Below, in pieces: positions 1-11,245 of a stretch of DNA of 20,000 nucleotides (its first letter is position 1; the number at the start of each line of letters is the position of its first letter). Origin of the DNA: Paraglomus brasilianum (lineage: Eukaryota). The notes below the pieces were generated by a model. It did not search any database and was not told the origin of the DNA. It worked only from the letters and a program-made list of their open reading frames with translations. Made by a program: the position numbers and the translations under genes. The DNA lies in the NCBI GenBank assembly GCA_910592345.1, contig CAJVPI010000038.1:52496-72495 (forward strand), given 5' to 3'.

Positions 1-1625
1 TAAATGTGTATGAGAAGTATGTGTACGTGTGTACGTGTTTATGTTTTGATATTCGCGAAGGAAAGAAGGATTTCAACAGGGTAGGGTTCGCTATGTTGAT
101 TCGTTCTGTTTCCAAACGTGTCAGCGATGGATTTGTTGTCGTGTTTTGGTATTGGTGGTGTCGTTGTAGAGTCGCAGTTGCTTGGGGTTGTCTCGGCTTG
201 TCTTTGCTCTCTTCGTGTCTTTCTCGAGTGGGGAATGATATATGGAAAGTATTGATTATGATTGATAGTATTCTCTCTCTACGTACCTTAGGATACTAGT
301 GATGAGGTTTTTCGATTGAGGATGTGGGAGCGCAGATTTAAAGGAAAATTTTGGGGGGGGGGGGGTGGATAAATAAGGGTGTGCTATGAGGTACTCATGA
401 CTATATAGTCATATTTCTTCGGCAACTTAATATAGTTAATTGATAGTATAAATAATGATTATTGTTTGTAATATAATATATGTTTGAGTATAAAGTATAT
501 TTATTTACAACAGCGATCTGTAGTTAATTGTTTTTTGATATGCAGGCAGATTTTCACTCCAATTGTTGGGTTTTGGTATACAGTCATCTATTATGTCTAT
601 TATTGCATAGAATTGCACGATTATTGTCAGTTTATGTGACTTGTATACGACCATTCGCCTTTATTCTTCCATTTCTACCATTGCTTGCCATTGCAAGTAT
701 GAAAGCCCATTGTGCCGTTATAGGTTCAATATGGCAAGTCCCCTTCCCCCAATTGTGTGTTGACATTATGTATAAATAAATCCTCTAATGATTCAGCCTA
801 CCTACAAACACAATAGTGAAAAAAATACGAAAAATTTTCGGGGGGCTCGAGTCTTTGTTTATGATGTGAAAGAGAAACGAGTTAGTGCATGAGTTAGTGT
901 AAAAATAAGACTGCTTTGGGAATGAGGATATTCAGTGAGAACTCTGAGGATAGACCAAAGAACGTGAACAGTCTAGATGTGAATGGATAAGCGGGATGAG
1001 CTAATATGCTAAGAGTTAGATTAATCCGTTGTGACTGTTATGACTGGATAGCATAACCGTGATCAGTGCTTTAAAATTGTAATCCATGTGATTCATATTT
1101 TTTAACATTCAGTATGCCTACAATAATATATAATACTTTATGACTCCCCGCCAACCGAATACCGAATAGCTCGTTATAAACTCTATTCAACAAAGCGTAA
1201 AGAGAAAGACCCGTCTTCTATGGTGACAGATAATGAATGCATCATGGATACAAACATTAAAGCGAAACAATTATATAGTCATCAATAACATCGTTCATAT
1301 TTTAATTATATTTAATTTATCGAGTACCCAATATATTAACTATTTTGGTCAAGATTGTCCACATCTCGTGTGTCCTGTTATGGTTGCATTTATGGAATTA
1401 ACGCACGAGTTTTGGGTCAAATTAGTTTCATTGCCCATCCCCATCAATATTAAATATATTCTAGATGGTTACCGTATTTTACTTTTTATATTACAACCAC
1501 TAATTTTTCTTCCCATATAACACATGACTTGTATATGTCAAATAAGAATGGCTTTGGGATCAGACAATAGCAATGTCAGGTGGTCAGCATTAATAAGGAT
1601 AGATTGTCCGATAGGGGTGTTGTAG

Positions 1626-1770
1626 TATGGTATGGTATGATATGGTAGGGTATGTTATTGTGTGTTTGTGAGAGTGAGAGGGACAGAGAGGAGAAAAAAG
1701 AGAGACAGACAGAGAAGGAAGAAAAAGGCAGAGATAGAATGGGGGAAAAAACAAAAGAAAAGATAAATCT
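1626..1770. repeat. (TATGG)n microsatellite followed by a GA-rich polypurine tract
   Basis: TATGGTATGGTATGATATGGTAGGGTATG is followed by GAGAGTGAGAGGGACAGAGAGGAGAAAAAAGAGAGACAGACAGAGAAGGAAG. Confidence 0.85.
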
Positions 1771-2099
1771 ATTATCAATGGAAAACGTATGTACTGCTGT
1801 ATTCGTCAAGCCAGAATCTGATTCAATTGACATCATCCAATCAGTTGCATCAACATACTGTCAATTGCATAATAGTAAACTAAATGGAGTTTGGAACACA
1901 CAATACAATCATATACAATGCCCTATATTTAACAGTATATTTTACTGCATTCCACCCAATCAAAATACACACATGACGATTTATGCAGTTTGTGTACTGA
2001 AGAACGGAAGAAGAAAAAAAAAAGAAGGAAGCTCCTTTACTTGTGGCCTACAAACGAACAAGCAAAGATGCGATCAAACAACAAACACATGCGCAAGTG

Positions 2100-2232
2100 C
2101 AATAATAGTAGGAATAGTAGGAATAGTAGTAATATTAGTGGTAATAAGCAATATTAGCGGTAGGATAATAGTGGTAGCTGTTGTGCTGTGTGTTGTGGTG
2201 TTGTGTTGTTGTTGTGTTGTGTGTTGTGTTCT
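2100..2232. repeat. Low-complexity (AATAGTAGG)n and (TGTTG/TGTG)n simple repeats
   Basis: AATAGTAGGAATAGTAGGAATAGTAG... is followed by TGTTGTGCTGTGTGTTGTGGTGTTGTGTTGTTGTTGTGTTGTGTGTTGTG. Confidence 0.85.
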
Positions 2233-4590
2233 CTTTGTTAATTAATGAGCTTTAACCTACTAATGTAACACTATACTAAAGAGCATACACCTCCCGATGC
2301 GTACACTCCGACTGGTAACACTCCAATTGATCATATCAAACCATCGTAGATATCAATAATCATACCAAATATGATCTGAACACGTGAGTACTAGTCGTGT
2401 ATTGATGCTCCGTGGTAGAAAACGTAAATAAACGGTGCAAGCGTTCAATAATGGTAACTAATCAACATACACAGGTAATCAATAGCATTTAGACAGCATG
2501 TTAATGGACAGCAGAACAAGTGGCTATTAATAGAAGCTGTCAAAATATGTTAAACGATTAACCGAATTAATATTAGACCAGAACGTCTATAACAACAATA
2601 AATAGCAAAGACTATAGTGAATAACAACAACGACTATGGAAACATCAACACCCAGCAATGGCAACACTAATAATACTAATACCAACACCAAGCTTTCTGC
2701 ATAGCCGTTTCTGTCGTACACCATCTACAAACAATCTCCCCAAACTTTTCTTGCACACCCCCCAATCCAACCAACTCGAGATCATCCCTCGTGCACTCGA
2801 TCTTATTCTCGTAGCACAATGCTAAGACTCTAATCAGCTCTCACGCGACTTTCACACGAAAAAGAACAATTCCTGATATGCAAAGATAGAGAATGTTGGG
2901 TTGACGTACGAAAAACAAGTGTCAATCTAAAGCCAATAGAAATAAAATAAGGCGAAATAACGGCAACGAGGAAACAGTGATTGTTACAAGATCCTAAGCG
3001 AGCGAAAGCTACTACGAACAAGGGTGGTTTACCGTGGTCGTGATGTCAATGTAATTAACAATTACATAAGCAATCGCTATTGGCAGTTATCGTGTCATTA
3101 TCTCAGATATCAACTGATAAAACTCGTACTCGGAAAGATTGTATTTAATATGTGACAATACATAACACACGTTTAGTTAATTAACAAATAAATACTCTTA
3201 ATATTTCATTATACACGTTTAGTATCATTTATACGTAACACGTTTTCATCAAGGGGGACGATACCGATAATACCGATAATATTGATAATCAACCTTTTTC
3301 TCGAATTGCTTCTCGTTCTCATCCTATATTGGCCATATTACATGTATTGCTCGTCACAACAAAGTAGGTAACCATCCACGCGGGAATACCCTCAAGATCG
3401 CCTACCAAATATAGTATGAGCCAACGTTGTTATTGATGTACAATGTCATGTAGCCTCGATTACCTATCATTGGGAAAAACTTTAATTGTCCTCGCACAAA
3501 AAAAAAACGGAAAAAAAAAAAAAAAGACAAACCGACCGATATATTACAAACAATAACAAATACCCAAATAACAATGGATTTTAATGACAATGTTACCCAA
3601 AATCTATGACAGAGATAATCATTCTTCGAGCAATATACTATTGATATATATGTATATACATGAGACAAATGAAAGCAACCTAAAATCGCGTCTCACCAAT
3701 CAATCCGTTTGTGCTCGCAATTCATTCCCACCCACGTTCCATTCATTTCATACTCTTGGCATTCAATTCAATCCAGGCCCTCTGCTGCAGTTTATTTCGG
3801 TTAAGCGTCTTCGTGAACGGCACATATTGTAGAACATGGAAAACTTCTACTTTTAGTCAACCACGTTATTCTTGTAAAACAATTGATAAACGTTTTGAGG
3901 TTTTCCGAACTGGAAAACTCTGAATAGCAAATAGAGTAAGTACACTAATCGTAACAATGAAATACAATAATCTATACTCTTACCCTATATATTACGGCTT
4001 ACATATTTATCAATTGTATCCGGTTATAGCGTGCAGTCAATGTGACTTATCACGAATGATGAGTCAGGGAATAAAGAATCAGAAAAGGCAATCAAAGATC
4101 ACGATGCAAGGTGTGTTTGCAGATGTGATAGCACCAGTAACCTATCGTTGAGACGAGCAATACTGTGATGCTCAATCTTTTATCACTCAATATCCCCTCT
4201 CCCTCCTTTTCTTCTCTTCTTGCTCTCTCGCATGAAAGGATTGCATTCTTTATGTGCAGATTTAACATTGACACTTGGAAACAAAGTGATCGTAATAAGC
4301 AAATCAGAAACCTTATTATTACATACAAATATAATAAAAATACTACGAGGGGAGAGAACGACAAAAGAAATACATAGAAATACTACATAAACAAGATTTA
4401 CTGTATAGAATTATAAACATTAGAGATATTTATATATTAATTCCATATTCAATTGGCCAATTGTAAAGCGGATTATTCAAGAGTAAGGAGAATGTTGTAT
4501 CTTGTATCTTGTATCTTTACGTTAATTAATCCAATTGCTACCTTTGAATGACGCTATCTATCTACATACGAATATCTAGAGCTCCCCGGC

Positions 4591-7500
4591 TCATTTAGCA
4601 GTCATGTCTGAAATGACTCTCTGCAGATTGAGCGACTCATCCGACCGGGCGTTTCCAAGCTACGATAACAAAATATGGATTAAAGTCAACATTACGTCAC
4701 CTGTACATCATGATCTATTAACTCTCGGACCCCTCTAATTCCAACACTAACCTCTCCAACATCGTAAACATGCACTCTAGCGTCCGAAGACCCAATGGCG
4801 ACCTTCCTTCCGTCTTTGTCCCACTGAATCTTATTCAAAGCCTTTCCGCTCCCAACCGCTACTCCCACAATGGGGACTTCAGTATCAATGTTTAGATTCC
4901 ACAAGCTAAACTTGCCGGTTCCATCAACACTCGCAAATAGAGCAGGGTGTCTCGGTGACCACTTAACATCATAGACGTAATCATCAGCACCCTCGAACGA
5001 ATGTATGGGTGAGATTGTCTGTTGCGCGGTTGCGGTTTTGGCGCTTGATTTGGCACGCCAGAGTTTGACCGTCCAGTCGACGCTAGAAGTGAGGAAGAGA
5101 TCAGAGAAATCAACCGGACCAACGAGCGGATGAAATTGAAGTCCTGTTACTGGTCCCCAATGACCCTTATAGAAATCATATGGATTTATTCCAGCCTTGC
5201 TATTGGTTGCAAAAATGAAAATTTAAAGTTTTTTAGACTTAAATTTTAAGATCAAATTGACTAAGAATAAACGATTAACCTTAGTCAGGTAATAAGTAAT
5301 AAAGTTAGTCATCATAAACATTAGTTCGATTATCATTGGTCAGGTTGTTATTAAAAAGACTTAAATTCAGTCTTAAATAGCATGCTGGCCGAATTATCAA
5401 ACAAATTATCTGAAACAAATTATCCAAATTATCGCACAAATTATCTGACAAATTATCCAACGAAACTAATCTCCAAAGTCCCATATACTAATTTGCTAAA
5501 TGAAGACTAACCTGCCAGCCCTATCAAACCGATTAGCTTGATATACATTTCCCTCTTCCGTTCCGACCCAGAATGCTGTCGTCTCGTTATCGGGGAATCC
5601 AAGCGCCGTAACAGAGACTTCATCGGTCTTGTTATGGTTTGGATGCACCAACTCCAAAGTTTCTTGCGGTTGAGCAAGCATGTCCAACTGCCACGAACAC
5701 ACTAACCCATCGGTAGAAGCCGTTATAAGGTTATGTGCATTTTGAGTTCCAACCACCTGCATCGAATACACTGGGTGTGTATGACCGTTGGAAGAAAGTG
5801 GTGTCTTAAGGACAGGGAGGGATCTTGCTCGGGTATCCCAGATGACCACTTGTCCTGAGTAAGTACCGCCAATAACAAGATTATGATGGAATGGAGAGAA
5901 CATCGTCGTTAAGACGTCAGACTATATTGAATGATTTAGTTGGACGCTAGTAAGCGATGTTGTCAGATTTGATGAACAACCAAACATCAAATTCTACATC
6001 CTTTTGCTAATACAATCAAATTGAAAGTACCTGTGAGTGAAACGTGTACTCTGGTCTATCCAATAAATGCAAATTCCAGACAAGAACTAGACCGTCTGGT
6101 TCGTTAGTTGCTATCGAATTTTTGTTATAGGATGCGACACAGAGTTCCGGGAACTATACGACGCGCATAGGATACGGAATAAGAGTATAAAAGAACAGCA
6201 TCCGTATAAAGTGTCAGTATCTATCCTCCACATCAAATCCGTATTATTCCAATAAATATATAATGCTCGATTTATAACCTTATGAGACCAATTAACATCC
6301 GTAACAGATCGTGTTGCCCTCGATTTATTCCATCGATCGTCAAAGAAAGAGCAGATATACTTCACTCTGTTGCCAGTTTCCCCACTAGTAAATACGACAT
6401 GATAAAGACATATTGTCAATAAGCTTTGTCAACCTTTGTTGGGTCGACTTGTATGTCCAAACAAACAATGAATATATATGTCTTACGCGTCTTCGTCCTG
6501 AGTAGAGTAATCTTTCATGAAATTATATTCATCATTAAGAGCACGTTCAATAATCTTCGTAGAATGTTCGACAAATTCCACAAACTCGGATGATTGTACT
6601 ATTTTCTTTCTTTGTTCTTCACTGAGATCTAAAAAAAAACACGATAGAATGTTATAACATTTTCGGAAAGTAAATGCATAATATTCGTATCATACCTCTA
6701 GCTCTAGCTGCCCTCTCCCTCGCAGCCTCAGCCCTCGCATTCTCCTCTTCAAGCTGCTCCCGTCGTTGTTGTTCTTTTTTCTCAAGCTCCTTTTCTATCT
6801 TCTCCCGAATCTCTTTCTCCGATGGCGGCGGAGGGTCGGTCGAAGATTCAACTGTTTGGACTTTTTTGTCGTAGAAGACTACTTCCTTTATATCGTAATC
6901 AAAAGTCAGATTGTAACGTTGCTAATATACGAAGACAACGTTCACAAATGACTATACCTTTGGAGCAATGTCAAGCAATACAGACTCAAACGTGGAGAGT
7001 TCTGGTATGAACCGCGATCCGCTGCTAGGTACTTGCGGACTATGAAATTGAAAGAAATCAGATCAATATGCTAATATTATAGGATCAGAAATAGCAATCA
7101 ATCATACGCAAACTGTTTAATCGTCACTAATATGAATAATCCAGCTCCATATTTATATATCTCTTTCTCTGACCATTACTCCAACACTGCCACAAACCTT
7201 TGTGGGACGCTAGTGAGACCGCCTCCGACCCCATTAGATCCTTGTCTAGCCACACCGGTTAAAATTAATTTACTTAGTCCTGCTATGCGCGTCTCCCTGT
7301 CACTCCCGGCCCTGTCACTCCCAGCCCTGTCACTCCCAGCACTATCAGACTCTCCGACTAAGGCATTCGCTGAAGGAATGACCGAACGCTTGTCATCCTT
7401 TTTATCGTTAAGGAGATTATCAACAAGGTCGTGAATGTCTTCGGGTTGCCCGCGGTTAGTTGAGAGCTAGCAGTTGGATAGATGAATTAATAGAGATTAG

Positions 7501-7856
7501 TAGTTGACGATAGAGATAGCTAACGTTGTTCGTGTTGTATTATGGAGATAAATAAACGATTTCGAGCAATCGGAAAGTGCGTAATAGCTGAGGTTAATTT
7601 ACGACAAGGACCGCTTTACTTTCGTATAATCGATATAAAGCTTAACATGTTTCAGTGGTACTTCATCCAATAACTTTTTTTTTTCATTCTCGGCTAACTG
7701 ATAACAATCTCTAATACGCTCATTATTATTGAATTAAAGCTGCTCTCTTACTGTTTCTTGTTGCGTAGCGAGGGCCCTCTGCCTGTCTTCCCTCACTTTA
7801 CGTAGTTCAATCAATTTTGCTCGCTTCTTAGCTAACTCTTCCTTTCTTCGGTCCAT
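4591..7856 (-). CDS. dic1: Cytoplasmic dynein 1 intermediate chain (WD40; NudI/Pac11/DYNC1I orthologue), 10 exons, 647 aa. Exons: 7856-7752, 7466-7198, 7039-6958, 6885-6696, 6628-6487, 6384-6279, 6153-6031, 5921-5512, 5199-4752, 4659-4591
   Basis: Manual splicing gives one continuous frame (1944 nt) with GT-AG introns in consistent phases. It has the N-terminal charged helix [26 protein letters not shown] and the light-chain region [18 protein letters not shown] (LC8-type xQT). It also has the LC7/roadblock-type segment [17 protein letters not shown]. Dynein-IC WD40 repeats follow: [75 protein letters not shown] and [23 protein letters not shown]. The stop is TGA at 4593-4591. Confidence 0.97.
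5391..5457. repeat. Intronic minisatellite: six AATTATC (GATAATT) units in dynein IC intron 8
   Basis: AATTATC units end at 5398, 5410, 5424, 5433, 5445 and 5457, with a 9-14 bp period. Confidence 0.9.
7296..7340 (-). repeat. Coding tandem repeat, 3 x 15 bp (AGSDR x3), in dynein IC exon 2
   Basis: The plus strand shows CCTGTCACTCCCGGC / CCTGTCACTCCCAGC / CCTGTCACTCCCAGC. Confidence 0.95.
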
Positions 7857-8599
7857 TTCTTATAACTTTCGTGATTATATATTGCGAGTGCTGTTTATTG
7901 AAGTAATTTGAGGCTGAGAAATAGTTTTCAATCAACTTGCATAACATTCTACCCACATACTCACGTATTTATTATTTTAGTATCGTTTCAAGTTTCGAAA
8001 AACGTAAATAAGAGACTGTGATATTTATGGTAAAAGTTATATTACCCTACACGTGATTATTTATTGTGACAGCTATATTGAGTTTTGATTGTGTGACATG
8101 TGAACATAGTAATAGACAGGTTACAACCGGTTTGATGTACGGCGGGGAATGAGTGAATAGAGGAAAGATAAGAGTATCGTATGCAATAATCGTCATAGCG
8201 CCTGCAGCCTTATATTAATAGGGCATACAGTGACAGCGAAGATCTAACATTGAAATTTACGCAGTTTCTATATAGTAATTATTATTAGTCGAAATATTAT
8301 GTCACAGTAACAGCTGCTATTACCTCATTTGGTATATGTAAATTGAGTGACGAAAGTACATGTGTGTAACGACACGAAGATCAAAGACATAGAACGTGTC
8401 TCAACAGTGAATGGTATACAATTACCAGAAGACACTAGCATAATTTGGAAATCGAATGAGTATGTTAATTATAAAAAGCATGGTTTTAATCCAATGTAAT
8501 CCAATGTTGCAGCTGATGCTGTTTGATCGACGAATCAACTGTTTCAGAATCTGTATCCGTGAACATGCAAAATAACACGACCCGCACGTATACGTGTAT

Positions 8600-9490
8600 T
8601 TCGTCTTGGAAAACCCAATTATAAAATCTACGATTTATTCCATAAAAAAAGCAAACAAACGCTTTTCAAGCGATAAAAAGGACAATTGGATCAAGATACC
8701 AGCTGCTCATCGAGCGAAAATACTCATCAATGGTTTGGGTCCGAGTATTTCCTCCCATGAATCGCTCTAGTGAATATGCAAATGTGTTTGTAAAGAGTAA
8801 CAAGAAGACATCGACAAATTAAGTGTCGCATATGGCTCCCCAAGATTTTATGCATCTAACAAGGGAGCGCAGCAAGATAAAGCGCACGCTACACGTTCAT
8901 AACTTGAGAAAAAGTAAATACGTCTTTGATTACATAAAAGAGACCCAAACGCCTATGAACAAGCCACAGAAGCTTACAAGGTTGTTGGGAGGATAGTTAG
9001 AAGGTTATCAACGCTATTGCACGAGAGGCAATTGGGGTGTTATTAGTTGGGGCAAAGCTGCATCGTAGCAGAGTTAGGTTTATACGTAAAGGAGACAAGA
9101 AGCAGTATGTAACGACGGAGGATGATAGTTCGAATGCTGTTATAATACGAAATGCTTATTGCAAAGCTTATTCGTGTTGCTAACTTGTTGCTTTCTGTCC
9201 TGTTAGCAACGAGCAGTTCACACTTTCCGGCCAACACGGGTTTATTCTTGTGTCTATATATGCTACTCCTAAACAACACAAAGACTAACAGTCGCTTTTT
9301 TTTTTCTCGATAAAGCTTTCAAGGACCCGGCAATTTTTGAGGTGGAAGTTGACACGTTATGCTAAGCTTGAGCAACCCAATCAATAGCATCTTTGACTTC
9401 AGCATGGGGGTAAGATAAGATTTATGGATGCTGCTTCATCAAGGCATCAATTCGAGATTGACAGAATATTTGTAGTAATGAGCCTAACAT
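8600..9490 (+). pseudogene. Putative decayed spliced gene
   Basis: There are two intron-like segments. 9105-9206 reads GTATGT...GCTAAC...pyrimidines...TAG and 9240-9315 reads GTTTAT...ACTAAC...T-tract...AAG. They flank a 33-nt exon. The spliced frame reads FIRKGDKKHNEQFTLSGQHGFQGPGNF*GGS*HVML and contains stops. The product is unrecognised. Confidence 0.35.
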
Positions 9491-9696
9491 AATAAGTTAG
9501 AGTGAGTTTATGGATAAAGAATGATTTATAATTTCGAAAATAGTAAAATTTATAAATAATTCCGGCATTGCATGGTTGCAAGTAAGTGGGCCGTAGTATT
9601 AGGAGGAAGATAATGTTAGACATTTGTAGAGTGAGTGAGCAAAAGAACATTTCGTTTCTGTCGTTGCATGAGAGAATTTATTCTGTTACGATAACG

Positions 9697-9960
9697 GTTA
9701 AGAATGCCAAAACGTGTAGCAAACTCACGGGCCTTTTCAATTATGATGTGCCCAGACTGTTCTTTACCGCATTCTCCACCATATCACTAGAGCTTTTTCT
9801 AGAATTGGAAATTTGGGTAGTTTATGTCACTTAATTTTTGCTCTTGGGGAGGTCACATCCAATTATAACTGTTTGTCCTTTTCATTGACAATTAAAGTTA
9901 CTGTAGCAGGACTAATTGAAATTTCTCTGCAAGTTCTTGATTTTGGTATAATAATATTAT
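9697..9960 (-). mobile_element. Degenerate pogo/Tigger-type (Tc1/mariner superfamily) transposase N-terminus with CENP-B-like double HTH
   Basis: Minus-strand translation across frameshifts and stops reads NQELAEKF-ISPATVTLIVNEKDKQL*LDVTSPRAKIK*HKLPKFPILEKALVIW-VENAVKN-SGHIIIEKAREFATRFGI. This matches the HTH_psq plus HTH_Tnp_Tc5 layout (LAxKF.IS..TV..I; KFPxLExAL..W; SGxIIxEKA..FA). A possible TA|CAGT terminus lies at 10134-10129 on the minus strand. Confidence 0.8.
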
Positions 9961-11025
9961 TAAGGGCCCTGGTACAGAGCATTGTCAGCAATTATTAATA
10001 TGTCATCTATAAAATAGTCTTTATAATTTAGTTACACAGTCAAAATGTATATAATAATATACAATATGCAAATTAAACCTTTGTTAATATCAAAAAAATA
10101 ATAATCAAATATTCAGTACTGCTGGTATACTGTAGCAAGTTGATGTAGGCATTACTTATGTGTAAACATATTTCTATATGCTCATCCATTAGTAGTTATT
10201 TGAATTTGGCAATTCTTTTGAATAATATCAGGGGGAAAAATGAAATGAAAAATTGTAACCCAGATGTGATGATGGTGTAAGGCAATCGTGACAGTCTATC
10301 ATAAATAAGTATTTGTTACTTTGCCATACTTTGTCCCGAATATATTTTTACATGTGTCAGAACAATGACCGGTGACTTCTTGTTTGTATTATGGCAATGC
10401 AAATAAAATAAGCCAATATGCATTAAGAAAAATCACATGACTCTGATAATTCTCTGAAGGAACGGCTTTTATAATACGCTTTATCCCATACACATAAAGA
10501 AAAATTATGTGATTCCCTGAACTTGGTTCAGAAAAGTATTTTTTTTTGTCAGATATGATATCTTAATTTATCCTAAAATATATCGTTGAGGGATCTATGA
10601 ATTAATGCCAGAGACAAACCCAAAATTGGCCAGTGTGCCTGACATCTTTATTATTCAATAATTACCAGCTGTTACAGATAATGGCGTTCAAACTCCTGTG
10701 ATTATGAGAAAAAAAATAATCGCCAGGTCATGAATGAAGTTCATGCAAGATGTAAATTACAATGTGCAGATTAATGCAAATAAGACATTGCGCTATGAGG
10801 TCGAGGATCTGAAGATGCAGATACAAGAGACGGGAAAAAAGCTGGCATCTATAAAATCATATTTTACTCTTGTGAATATAAAATTATGAGTTAGCCAGAG
10901 CACTTTTTTCCTTGTGCTTCTGTTTTGTCTCTATCTCCTTCTGCAGTGTCAAACCTTAGCTGAATTGTAAGAGAACCATCTTTGGGCTTATCTAGGTCAA
11001 ATACAATAAATTCACCTTTGTGCAG

Positions 11026-11058
11026 AAGTGGGTTTAAAATGATTATTTAAACCCACTT
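11026..11058. repeat. Perfect 13-bp inverted repeat (hairpin)
   Basis: AAGTGGGTTTAAA (11026-11038), a 7-nt loop, then TTTAAACCCACTT (11046-11058). Confidence 0.85.
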
Positions 11059-11096
11059 AGTTTAAGTTATTATTATACTAATACCCCTCATTTAGG

Positions 11097-11245
11097 TTAT
11101 ACCCACTCAGCGACGATGAGTGTCGTCATTCGAGTGACGACAAGATCGCATTTGCATCGTCATTTGCCGAGGAAGTCAGCTGAGGGAGTTAGCCGCCCCG
11201 CTCAGTGACGATGAGTTTGCATTTGCGTCATTGCAGAAGTTAGCC
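11097..11245. repeat. GC-rich, hairpin-containing imperfect tandem duplication; possible Helentron/DINE-like element end
   Basis: CCCACTCAGCGACGATGAGT (11102-11121) recurs as CCCGCTCAGTGACGATGAGT (11197-11216), and each copy is followed by a GCATTTGC..GTCATT..GAAGTYAGC block. There is a perfect 8-bp stem TGTCGTCA/TGACGACA (11121-11142). The block starts with TTATACCC. Confidence 0.6.

Noticed and set aside
6..299. 97-aa plus-strand ORF
   Set aside because: It lies in G/T-skewed low-complexity sequence and has no protein-like features.
1652..2245. 197-aa plus-strand ORF
   Set aside because: It stays open because it runs through GA-rich, (AATAGTAGG)n and (TGTTG)n simple repeats. It has no recognisable domain, and the hydrophobic Cys-rich tail is a microsatellite artefact.
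4892..5122. 76-aa minus-strand ORF
   Set aside because: It is an alternative frame within dynein IC exon 9.
5284..5315. Box C (ATGATGA) and box D (CTGA) motifs in dynein intron 8 suggesting a snoRNA
   Set aside because: The boxes are only ~20 nt apart, too short for a C/D snoRNA, and there is no terminal stem or recognisable rRNA guide.
5391..5457. Short repeats with variable spacers (CRISPR-like at a glance)
   Set aside because: The units are 7-9 bp with spacers of only a few bp, inside a eukaryotic intron with no cas genes. This is a minisatellite.
6674..7434. Plus-strand ORFs at 6674-7010 and 7132-7434
   Set aside because: They are antisense shadows of dynein IC exons 2-4.
8065..8306. 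TGTGACA...TGTCACA-bounded 242-bp segment resembling a solo LTR
   Set aside because: The flanks (TTTAT vs GTAAC) give no target-site duplication, and there is no second copy in the window.
10734..10889. Short coiled-coil-like ORF (MKFMQDVNYNVQ...LRYEVEDLKMQIQETGKK)
   Set aside because: It is about 50 codons with no supportable splice structure or family match. It may be a relic but cannot be called.
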